Source: Macrostomum lignano (Eukaryota). From it: a DNA stretch of 64,000 nucleotides. Positions 44,812 to 56,400 of this stretch are shown here, piece after piece. Each line of letters begins with the position of its first letter. The stretch's first letter is position 1. The stretch lies in the NCBI GenBank assembly GCA_002269645.1, contig NIVC01002217.1, positions 77,099 through 141,098 on the forward strand. The letters run 5' to 3'. The notes beneath the pieces are model-generated. The model saw only the letters and a program-made list of their open reading frames with translations. It ran no database searches and was not told the DNA's origin. Both the position numbers and the translations under genes were made by a program.

Positions 44812-46659
44812 ATGCAGTCGATACAGAAGCCGCAGGTGCCGAAGGTCTACCGGCTGCAGATCGAAGGCGTCGGCGCCTCGGCAGGCGAGTACGCGTACAC
44901 CGCCATCCGGCCGTACTTCCCCGCCCTGCACCCCAACACGCTGTGGATCATCAACCGCGTGCGCTCGGGCGACGCCACGCCTTTGGTGAATATTCTGAAG
45001 ACCCGAGAGCGGATGAACATCTTCTTCAAGTACATGTACTTTCAAATCTTGGACAAGCCGTCGCTCTACAATCCAAAGTCGCCCATGGACCGGCCGATGT
45101 TCAACGAGAAGGCCTACCTGTTTCTCAACATCTTCTCGGTGGCGCTCTACTTCAAATGCGAGACAATCGTTCGCGTCCTGGCGCCGATTCGGGTTGGCAA
45201 AATCGACAACGCGGCCAGCTACGAGGCCATGAGCGAGGTGTCCATTCCGCAGTACGCCACCTACGTTCACGACCACTCGTTTGGCGACCTCATCACTTTC
45301 AACATCCCCACGATCATGATGCGTAGGGAGGCCTATTTCGCCATCCCGTCGCTGTTCCGTTTCGGCTCTTGGGCGCCGCGCAGCCAGTTCTGCATCTACT
45401 ATTTCCGGCGGAACTACAATTTCTCTAGGAAATTCAGCGACTGGATGGAATACGCCTGGTCGCTGCTAGACGAACGGCCCTACACGAAAATCTCTATGCT
45501 AGTTAACATGCTCAACAAGGCTGCTCACGTCAATTTCTACCTGGGCGACAAAGTGTTCTACCAGCCCATTAACTGTCGCTATTATAACGCTCCGTGGGCT
45601 TCGCCAGATCAGGACGAACGGGCGGTGATTGTGTATCGGTCCTACCCGCGCCGCATGCTGTGCAAACTCTTCCTGCACAAGGACCCGTTGAGAATCATGC
45701 CCCAGATCATACCGTTTGTTCGCGTCTTCCAGAAGGAGCGCTACTTTGTGTCGCAGACGTCAAAATCGCTCAATCCAGAATTTCGATTGGTGATTCTCAG
45801 CAGCCTGGAGGAGCGCTTCATCAACCTGTCGCCCATAGTGAACTCCACCGAAATCAATTCGTCTGACTACGTTGAGCAGAACGGCCACAAGACGTCGATC
45901 TACGATTACGACAACATTCTCGCCTTGCTGCACTACTTCCTGGTGCTGGCCGCCGACAGAAATGTCGAATCGCTGAAGCACAGCATCATCCACCTCATCA
46001 TGGACATCCTGACAGACACCAGCCTGTTGTACGTCTTCTCCAAGGAGCCCGCTGTAAACATCTCCTACTACATGTCGCACCTTATCGACGGTCCGTTCAT
46101 CCAGCCGAACGATCTGCAGCACATGCTGAGGAACATCCCAACTCTGCTGATGTCGTCCACTGTCGCCGACAAGAGTTTCCCGCCGTTCCTGCAGACCTCT
46201 GGCAGCAAGTACGACAAGCAGCAGCCAGCCGCCACCGAGCTGTTCAAGAACAAGCTGCCCCGGCTGTGGGAGCGCGGCCGCTTTGCCAAGGCCATCCAGC
46301 AGATGATGAAGTATCGAATCGATCTGGACGACAAAGCCGGCGTCACCACGCTGGAGTACTGCAAGTGGAAGAACGAGTACCTGGAGGCCAGGCTGCGCCT
46401 CAGCATGCAGACCATGAACCAGGAGCAGCAGACCATCCCGGCCGAGCGGGTGGACCAGCGCCTCACCTCCGACGACGAGGGCGGCACGCACGGCTCGTCC
46501 AGGGGCTGGCGGGCCTATCCGCCCAGCTACTTCAGGGACGCCAAAGAGTTCATGGTTAAAAAGCAGAAGGACGCCACCAAGGTGAAGAAGAAGGCCAGGA
46601 AGAATTTCATCGACCTCTGGACAATAGACGAGCTAGAGGTGAAGAAGTCAGCCAAGTGA
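44812..46659 (+). CDS. Intronless uncharacterised 615-aa protein
   Basis: 1.85-kb uninterrupted ORF with strong C/G third-position bias and globular, aromatic-rich composition. Basic C-terminal tail. Acceptor-like TTTACTTTCTCAG 8 nt before the ATG. AATAAA at ~46995. No family recognised. Confidence 0.85.
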   Translation: MQSIQKPQVPKVYRLQIEGVGASAGEYAYTAIRPYFPALHPNTLWIINRVRSGDATPLVNILKTRERMNIFFKYMYFQILDKPSLYNPKSPMDRPMFNEKAYLFLNIFSVALYFKCETIVRVLAPIRVGKIDNAASYEAMSEVSIPQYATYVHDHSFGDLITFNIPTIMMRREAYFAIPSLFRFGSWAPRSQFCIYYFRRNYNFSRKFSDWMEYAWSLLDERPYTKISMLVNMLNKAAHVNFYLGDKVFYQPINCRYYNAPWASPDQDERAVIVYRSYPRRMLCKLFLHKDPLRIMPQIIPFVRVFQKERYFVSQTSKSLNPEFRLVILSSLEERFINLSPIVNSTEINSSDYVEQNGHKTSIYDYDNILALLHYFLVLAADRNVESLKHSIIHLIMDILTDTSLLYVFSKEPAVNISYYMSHLIDGPFIQPNDLQHMLRNIPTLLMSSTVADKSFPPFLQTSGSKYDKQQPAATELFKNKLPRLWERGRFAKAIQQMMKYRIDLDDKAGVTTLEYCKWKNEYLEARLRLSMQTMNQEQQTIPAERVDQRLTSDDEGGTHGSSRGWRAYPPSYFRDAKEFMVKKQKDATKVKKKARKNFIDLWTIDELEVKKSAK

Positions 46660-47344
46660 GGCTTCGCACAGGCTCTACAAATGAAGAGATTTGCTGGAGG
46701 GACAAAGGTTTTCGCTTTTATCAGCCTAACAAAAACGCAGGTGCTAAAAAGTTGAGTCATTGTTTACATTTTTTGAGCATTACTTTTTTCGCACAATATT
46801 CTTTTTTGTTTTTCCGGAACTTTGTTTCTACTTGGTTCAGAGATTTTTTTGCAAACACGTCAGCGCAAATCAGTTTAAACTTGGTGTTGGCGCCTCACCA
46901 GTTACCTGTACTTACCTTTTGGCGCTAACAAGCCCTAAGCTTTAATGGACCTGAGTATAGTTCTCCGACACCACCTGCCCCACCCCTTTTGCTAATAAAA
47001 GAGTCGTCAGCAAAAAAGCAGAAAAAGGAACACAAATAAAAGGAAGCCGAAAGGAAACAGGCAATAACTTTGCTTTACTAGTACTGCCGTGACCTCTCTG
47101 TGTCTTAGTCATTTTCAAACTGTTCATTTAAGTATTTTGCGGAACATTTAGTGCAGTACAATCTTATTATTAAAAAGTTTATTATCTTCTGTTTCAAATT
47201 GCATTCGTGCGTTTTGCTGACGGAGAAATTCAACAAATCAAAATTCGCAGGCAGTTTGCTGCACTAGTGCAGCAGTGTCAGATTCAACAGCAGGTAGCGA
47301 TTCTGTGAGCACGGTGTTGCACATCTACAAGAATAAAAGTCCAA

Positions 47345-47402
<58 letters not shown>
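47345..47402. repeat. (GA)n microsatellite
   Basis: Direct reading. Confidence 0.97.
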
Positions 47403-47406
<4 letters not shown>

Positions 47407-47460
47407 GAGAGAGTCCAGATCAATGAGTGAGAGAGTCCATGGATGAACAAGCCCAAATCG

Positions 47461-50400
47461 TCACTTCCTTCCGCCGCTGCCCTCCCAGAGCAGCCTGCTG
47501 TGCTCCTCCTTGGAGACGCCCAGCAGTTTCCGCTGTCGCTCGATGTTGGCCGGCTGAAAGTCGCGCGGATTGCTGCTCTCTTCGGATTCGATCACCGTGC
47601 CCAGACTCTGTAGTGAAAAGCGGTTTTTCTGATTTCGTCATTTATTAGCGTCCATCAGGCCAGCTTGACCCAGAGACAGCTTGACCCACAGGATAGCTTG
47701 ACCCACAGGCAGCTTGACCCACAGGACAGCTTGACCCACAGGACAGCTTGACCCATAGACAGCTTGACCCACAGGCAGCTTGACCCACAGACAGCTTGAC
47801 CCACAGACAGCTTGACCCACAGACAGCTTGACCCACAGGCAGCTTGACCCATAGGCAGCTTGACCCACAGGCAGCTTGACCCACAGCAGCTTGACCCACA
47901 GGACAGCTTGACCCACAGGACAGCTTGACCCACAGGACAGCTTGACCCACAGACAGCTTGACCCACAGAGAGCTTGACCTACAGACAGCTTGACCCACAG
48001 AGAGCTTGACCTACAGACAGCTTGACCCACAGGACAGCTTGACCCACAGACAGCTTGACCCATAGGCAGCTTGACCCACAGACAGCTTGACCTACAGACA
48101 GCTTGACTAACAGGACAGCTTGACCCACAGGCAGCTTGACCCACAGACAGCTTGACCCACAGACAGCTTGACCCACAGGCAGCTTGATCCACAGACAGCT
48201 TGACCTACAGACAGCTTGACTAACAGGACAGCTTGATCTACAGACAGCTTGACCCACAGGCAGCTTGATCTACAGACAGCTTGACCCACAGGCAGCTTGA
48301 CCCACAGGACAGCTTGACCCACAGGCAGCTTGACCCACAGACAGCTTGACCCACAGAGAGCTTGATCCACAGGCAGCTTGACCCACAGCAGCTTGACCCA
48401 CAGGACAGCTTGACCCACAGGACAGCTTGACCCACAGGACAGCTTGACCCACAGACAGCTTGACCCACAGAGAGCTTGACCTACAGACAGCTTGACCCAC
48501 AGAGAGCTTGACCTACAGACAGCTTGACCCACAGAGAGCTTGACCCACAGACAGCTTGACCCACAGAGAGCTTGACCTACAGACAGCTTGACCCACAGAG
48601 AGCTTGACCTACAGACAGCTTGACCCACAGGACAGCTTGACCCACAGACAGCTTGACCCACAGACAGCTTGACCCGCTCACCCAGGAGAAAAAGGCGGCA
48701 GCGGCAGCGCTACTCTGGATGACTTCCTCCTCGCTGTAGGGCGCCAGCATCACTTTCGCCCTGGCGGCGATGCTGGGGTGCAGGCCGGAGGCTGGGCTGA
48801 ACTGGGCTATGCGCTGCTGCATGCTCGTCTTGCCAGTGGGATTCAGGTAGCGGAGGCACTTCTGCCAGCTCTGGTTTGGGAGCATCAAAAGTTTGATTCA
48901 TATTGATTTATTTTTCATCTCTGCTTTTGTGCGAAAAGTGTTAAACTTTTGCGGATAGGATAGATGGGGTTTGATTTCACAATAATTTGAGGTTCACGAA
49001 AGGAATTCTGCTGGCATGAGTGGCACATGCGGCTACACCTGCTCCAATTAGGTCAGATGTGAAACCGACAGCTCAGCCGCAGTTATTGCGCGGCGCATCT
49101 GAAGGCTGCGTACGGCTGTTCAGTCCAATGACTGGGGGGTCGCCACACACCCTCAATTACCCCAGCTAATGCTGGCACCCATTTTACAGCTGGGTGAACT
49201 GAAGCAATGCAGAGTTAAGCTTCTTGCTCAAGGACACAAATTGTTTCAGTGAGATCGGGAATCGAACCCACGACCTCTAACCATTAGGCTACAACCCATG
49301 AATAAATCAGTCTATTGAAGGAACTGCCTATTAAAGCTGCCCCTCTCACGTTGGTTCGCTTCTCGTATTCGCCGAGCAGAAGCAGGGTGGCCCGCACCGT
49401 GTCAACGATGGCCTGCTTGGGATTGACGTAGGCCCGCAGTTCGGCCACGGCCTTGCCATCCAGGCTGAGCACCCGCTTGTAGAGCCGCTCCATTCGGTCC
49501 ACTCGGACCAGGGCGGCGGCGGCTTCGCTCAGCAGGGGGTGCGACTCCTTCAGCAGGCCGGTCTTTCTGGCCCGATCCAGGGCGGCCCGGAGCGGCCCAG
49601 CGGCCCGCTGGCTCAGCGATTGAGCCGATGCCGAGGCCAGGTCTGCGGTTGGAAAAATGGGGGCGAATAATCAAATGGCGACGCGATTTGAGTGCACTTT
49701 TACCGAGGTTCGCCTCCGTATTGGCTTGAAAATCGATTGTCTTGGGAAACATCTAGAACCATGAGTTACTGGGTCAGGGTCATGCTTGATTTCAGTTGGG
49801 TCATGCTTGATTTCGGCTGGGTCATGCTTGATTTCGGTTGGAGTCATGCTTGATTTCGGTTGGGTCATGCTTGATTTCGGTTGGAGTCATGCTTGATTTC
49901 GGCTGGGTCATGCTTGATTTCAGTTGGGTCATGCTAGATTTCGGCTGGGTCATGCTTGATTTCAGTTGGGTCATGCTAGATTTCGGCTGGGTCATGCTTG
50001 ATTTCAGTTGGAGTCATGCTTGATTTCGGCTGGGTCATGCTTGATTTCGGTTGGGTCATGCTTGATTTCAGTTGGGTCATGCTTGATTTCGGTTGGGTCA
50101 TGCTTGATTTCAGTTGGAGTCATGCTTGATTTCGATTGGGTCATGCTTGATTTCAGTTGGAGTCATGCTTGATTTCAGTTGGAGTCATGCTTGATTTCAG
50201 TTGGAGTCATGCTTGATTTCAGTTGGAGTCATGCTTGATTTCAGTTGGAGTCATGCTTGATTTCAGTTGGGTCATGCTAGATTTCGGGTTGGGTCATGCT
50301 AGATTTCGGGTTGGGTCATGCTAGATTTCAGTTGGGTCATGCTAGATTTCAGTTGGGTCATGCTAGATTTCAGTTGGGTCATGCTTGATTTCAGTTGGGT

Positions 50401-53400
50401 CATGCTAGATTTCAGTTGGGTCATGCTAGATTTCGGTTGGGTCATGCTAGATTTCCGAGTTCACAAAGGTTACAGAGCCAACTCACCCTTCTTTATGCCG
50501 GTGATTCGCACAGTTCTCTCCGCCAGCTCCACCAGCTTTTCGTCCTGAATCTCCAGTTCGCGAAGTCGGTCCAGTCCGCGCCCGATGCCTTCCAGATCTT
50601 CTTGCCGGATGGCGGCGCGAAGGCGCGACTTTGCCACGCGGACAGCGGCGTCTCGAGCGATCTGTTCGCGCTTAGCGCGCTCCTCGGGATCGGCGGAGCT
50701 GCCTGCCTTGCCGAGCTGGATCTTGGCCTTGAATGAATGTACATATTTCAAGGATTAGAGAAAACAGCCGACGTACGTTAAAACGGATTCCTGTACCCCT
50801 GCTTTATCTCGACTTTGGCTTGCAAGGTTTGGCAAGACGCACGCACGAGGCTATGAACTATGTCTGGGTGGGGAGAAAGCTCCAATGTACAGTTAAGGGT
50901 AGAATGAAAGATAACGAATGTACATCCAGAGGGCTAAATTCCTGCCAGTCTTGATTTCAGCTACGAGGCAAAAAAATGAACTAATTCATGCCAGAGGTCG
51001 AGGCCCAGGTAAAGAAAGACTTCATTGTACAGTCAAGGGGTAGAGCGGAAGGTAACGAATGTACATCTAGAGAATGAGAGGGATAGGCAGTTAAATCCTG
51101 TCTGCTTTGTTTATCTCAAATTTTGCTTGTGGCGTTTAGTAAATAGTGTACATGTCTAGCGGTCTGTGGGGGGAGAGAAAACTTTAATGTACAGTCAAGG
51201 GGTAGAGCGGAAGGTAACGAATGTACATCTAGAGAGGGATAGACAGTAAAATCCTTCCCGCTTTAATTTGTTTATCTCAAATTTGGCTTGCGAGGTTTAG
51301 CAATGAGGCTATAAATAATGTACACGTCGAGCGGTCGGGGAGAGAGAGAAAATTTTAATGTACAGTCAAGGGGTAGAGTGCAAGATAACAAACGTACATC
51401 CAGAGGAAAGAAAGTAAATATTTTTTAATTGCCCAAGCTGGCCTAAGGCTTTGGCTAATACGAATATAATAAATGAGCTACAAGGCCAGAGACTCATTTT
51501 CGTTCATGTTTATGATAGTTCAATGCATCTTACCTGTTCTTCAATATCAGCCAGAGTCGCTTCATCAAGGTCCATCGCTTCGTCGTCTCCATCCTCGGCC
51601 TCTCTTAAGACGCGAATTCTCTCTTCGGCGAGTACCTCGTCCAGAGTCCGGGCCTGTTCGCGCACCATCTGCTCAAGCTGGACCAGGCGCTCCTCGTAGG
51701 CTGCGTTCTGTTTGCGGCAATACTCCAGCAGCTCCTGCCATTCGTCCCTGCGCTTCTGCGCGTCCGCCTCCGCCTTGGCGTCAAGGACCTGCGAGCGGCG
51801 GCGAATGGGTTTGGAGACGTTGAAGCAGAGAAGAGAGAGTCTAAATGAAGGCAGCGAATCCAAATGAAAGGAGAGAACCAAATTAATGGAGCGAATCAAA
51901 ATGGAGGGAGAAAACTCCAAATATTCAAATGAAGGGAGAGAAACTCAAATAAAGGAAGAGAAACTCCAAATGAAAAGAGAGAAACTCAAATACTCGTAAA
52001 GGAAAAGAAACTCCAAATGAAAAGAGAGAAACTCAAATACTCGTAAAGGAAAAGAAACTCCAAATGAAAAGAGAGAAACTCAAATACTCGTAAAGGAAGA
52101 GAAACTCCAAATGAAGAGAAAGTAACTCAAATAAAGGAAGAGAAACTCCAAATAAAGGAAGAGAAACTCCAAATGAAGAAAGAGAAACTTCAAATGAAGG
52201 GAGCGAATCCAAATGAAGGGAGAGAAACTTCAAAAGAAGGGAGCGAATCCAAATGAAGGGAGCGAATCCAAATGAAGGGAGCGAATCCAAATGAAGGGAG
52301 AGAAACTTCAAAAGAAGGGAGCGAATCCAAATGAAGGAAGCGAATCCAAATGAAGGGAGAGAAACTTCAAAAGAAGGGAGCGAATCCAAATGAAGGGAGC
52401 GAATCCAAATGAAGGGAGAGAAACTTCAAAAGAAGGGAGCGAATCCAAATGGAGGGAGAGAGTCCAAATGAGAGTGCAAGAGAGACTTCAAATAGCAAAC
52501 CCAAGCCAGGTGATCAGGTTCCAGCGACCTATTCGCTACCTGAACCTTTTTTGTACCTGAAACTGCATGAGCGGTCCGGCCACGGATCCGGCCACATCGT
52601 CCGGGTCGGGCAGGGCGGACAGAGTCCAGACTCCGCCAGGCGGCCCGGCATCGATGGTGGACTTCCAGTAGACTGGATTGTCCGCATCCCGCTGCAGGTA
52701 GAACATCAGCAGCTGGGGCCGCTCGACCCGCAGCTGCAGCTGGCCGAACTTCACTCGCCGATCGGCTTTGACCACAATCTGCACGTACCGGCCGGCCTCC
52801 AGCTGGCTGCTGTCTGGCGACATCAGCCGAAAGCCGCGCTGCCAAAGCGGCGTTGGCCGAGGGAACGGCGTAGCGTCAACGTACGGCTCGCCGTTGAATT
52901 TGATGACGTAATTGCACAGGTGTCGGACCTCCCTAAGGTTTTTGACAGCGTTGACTTGCATTAAATAGCAGTTTCTCTCGCCTCCTCTCCATGACCTTCC
53001 ATGTTCCTCTGCATTTCTCTCAAATTTCTCAAGGGGCAGAGCAGCTCAGCGATAAAAGCGCCTCCCTCTCAGCATCACCATGTATCTCCATCCCAATCTC
53101 TCTCGCTCTTTTATCTCCTTACTGATCCGAAATTTGTCACTAAAATCTGAGCTAAAATCTCAACACACCGGGTCGGGCTTATTTCTAGATTAGTTTTACA
53201 CAATCTCACATTTCTACTTATTAGTAGCAAGTTACCCACCTGGCGCTTTCGCTCCCCGAGTCTGGCGCGGCTCCGATGGCCAGGTGATAATATCCGTATT
53301 GGGGAAACTTGATGGAGACGCTGGCCCTGGCCTCGGCGACGCTGGTCTCCACCAGGATGAGGTCAGTGTAGTCGTGATGGCCCCGATGGTCCTGCAGGCG

Positions 53401-56400
53401 CATTGTGACGCAGTAGAGTAGCGGCCGGCCCATGCGCCAGACAACGCGCAGTGTCCGAGTTGCGCACTCCAAGTACCCAAACTGATGAGGCGCCAGCGGC
53501 TCGGTGTCCAGACTCCGACAGGCGTCCGAATTGACGCCTAGCGGCTCTTTAAGCCGGGGGTAGAGGAAGTCGGGATCCTGGCAGGGCGCCTGGCTGTCGA
53601 TGAGGTAGTCGCAGACTGGCACCACCCGGCCGCTGGGCAGCCGACAGGAGATGCAGGCTGCGTACAGGCCTTCCTTTGGCGCGCGCAGATGGAACACGGC
53701 CTCGCCGTTCTCCATCCAGTGAATGCTGTACAGTTCAAGGAATCGGATGCCATTGTCTGTGCTGCGGAGCTCAATCTGGATAGTCGATTGATGGGATGGG
53801 CGAGAGCAGCTTAGTCAGGTGGTGCTTCAAGGACTTCTTAAAGAAGTCTTTCAAGGTTTTCTTAGTGGTATTTCAAGGACTTCTTTGAGTGGTCCTTCAA
53901 TGACTTTTTAGAGTAGTACTTCAAGGACTTCTTACAGTTTTACCAACCATTATACGAGAGCAGTGAGCCTCCCAGCAGGCCAGCCCAGCTCACCGAGTAC
54001 TGCAGGTGATTACTCTCAGTCGCAAAGCGCAGCCTCGCCTCGCCTCGCACCGTCTCCACCAGGGGATCCGGGTGGGTCAGCGGGTCCAGCCCCGCCTCGG
54101 CTGTCTGGCCGCCGGGTCCCCACTCGGTGAGGTTGCCTGCCGGCACGGGCGCCACCTCGGCCGGGCGCCGGCAGTGAAACACGTAGGAGATCACGTGACG
54201 CAGGCAGCTGTCCGCGCACCTGGCGCCGAATAGTTTCAGTAGAAACTTGCCAGCCACTGGTGGAATCACGGTGATGAACAGTTCTCGCTTCTTCACGCTG
54301 TGCCCCGTGATGCAGAAGTGCGCCAGCTGCCATTTCTGCGATTTGTATTGAATCTCGCTGCCGGTGGCCTCCGAGTTCAGCGCCGAGGCGTGGATGTACA
54401 GTCGGGCGGAGTAGATGGCGAAGGCTTCGCGCGGCTCCTCCTGGAACTCCAGCGTGTTGTCCTGGCCCTTCTTGATGTGCAGCCCCAGCCGGCGCTCCTG
54501 CTGCGACAGGCCGCTGTCGCGGATCTCGAAGACGCACTTTGGATGGCTGACAATCTCCAGGCCGAGCCGCTCCATTTCCTCTGGCTCGCACTGCGGCATC
54601 TCTTCGAATTCTTCAAGGCTGATTGGCCGGGGCAGCAGCTGCCAGCGGGGATCATAGGGGAAATGCTCCAGCACCGCGTAGTGCGGGTCAGTCAGGAAGT
54701 AGAACTCGCTGATGGCGAACCCGACCTCCCCGGCTGCCGCTGCCGAGGTGCCAGCCGCGGCGTCGGAGGCTGCGGCGGCTGCGGCAGCTTCGTCTAGTCG
54801 GCTCCATTCTCCGCTGTCGTAGCCCTGGAGTGATGAGAGTCATGAGCCAAAGTGCCCAGTGGGTTCGATTCCAGTCACATTAATTGGGGGTTAGTGGATG
54901 TTGCAACCCCATAACGGTCAAAGTATGCGCGTGCGCACTCAGGTGTCAACGGAATGAGAATGACGTCACCTTGCGGCTTCCAAAGCAAAGGCTTCCTGCA
55001 GACTACAACTACTTAGTAAGGCCTGACAATGAGCACTTCGAGACCTCGAAAGCTGCGCTCCCTCGTTAAAGAAATTTGCTTGTAAAACAGTTAAAGCCCT
55101 ATGAAGAATCTCTTTTTCAATTCACTTGCAACTTTGCAAAACCTGGACAGTTCCTACATCTCCAATGCAGTTTAGTACCGAAACGCCCACAGTTCTGATG
55201 AAAATAAGCTTGTTAAAGCGACTCACCTGCAGCACCTGACAGGCCCAGATTGGGTCAATGAGACGCCACTGGCCTTCAACGAGCACCGCCAGCCATAGGG
55301 ACGCGTTATCCTCGTTGACGTGGTGCCCGATTCGATACTGAGCGCCCTTGGTGACCCCGCCGACGACCTGCAGGTATATAAAGCTCGATGCATGTATTGA
55401 GACAGCTGTTTAACATTCTGAGGTACAAGTACAGCATTTGATAGCGTTGGTGAGGATTGATGGAGTTGGAAGCTACAGAAGATTGGGTGACGGTGTTGGA
55501 GGCTACAGAAGATTGGGTGACGGTGTTGGAGGCTACAGCAGATTGGGTGACGGTGTTGGAGGCTACAGAAGATTGGGTGACGGTGTTGAAGGCTACAGCA
55601 GATTGGGTGACGGTGTTGGAGGCTACAGAAGATTGGGTGACGGTGTTGGAGGCTACAGAAGATTGGGTGACGGTGTTGGAGGCTACAGAAGATTGGGTGA
55701 CGGTGTTGAAGGCTACAGCAGATTGGGTGACGGTGTTGGAGGCTACAGAAGATTGGGTGACGGTGTTGGAGGCTACAGAAGATTGGGTGACGGTGTTGAA
55801 GGCTACAGCAGATTGGGTGACGGTGTTGGAGGCTACAGCAGATTGGGTGACGGTGTTGGAGGCTACAGCAGATTGGGTGACGGTGTTGGAGGCTACAGCA
55901 GATTGGGTGACGGTGTTGGAGGCTACAGCAGATTGGGTGACGGTGTTGGAGGCTACAGCAGATTGGGTGACGGTGTGGAAGGCTACAGAAGATTGGGTGA
56001 CGGTGTTGAAGGCTACAGCAGATTGGGTGACGGTGTGGAAGGCTACAGCAGATCGGATGACGGTGTTGGAGGCTACAGCAGATTGGGTGACGGTGTGGAA
56101 GGCTACAGAAGATTGGGTGACGGTGTGGAAGGCTACAGCAGATTGGGTGACGGTGTGGAAGGCTACAGAAGATTGGGTGACGGTGTGGAAGGCTACAGCA
56201 GATTGGGTGACGGTGTGGAAGGCTACAGCAGATCGGATGACGGTGTTGGAGGCTACAGCAGATTGGGTGACGGTGTTGGAGGCTACAGCAGATTGGGTGA
56301 CGGTGTGGAAGGCTACAGAAGATTGGGTGACGGTGTTGAAAGAAAGAGGGAAAGAAAAATGTGTTTCTCTCTCCTCCCTATAGTAAAAAAGGCGGACCTC

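Noticed and set aside
44778-46559. Overlapping alternative-frame and antisense ORFs within the 615-aa gene, and similar ones in other GC-rich exons
   Set aside because: These are expected shadows of strong C/G third-position codon bias.
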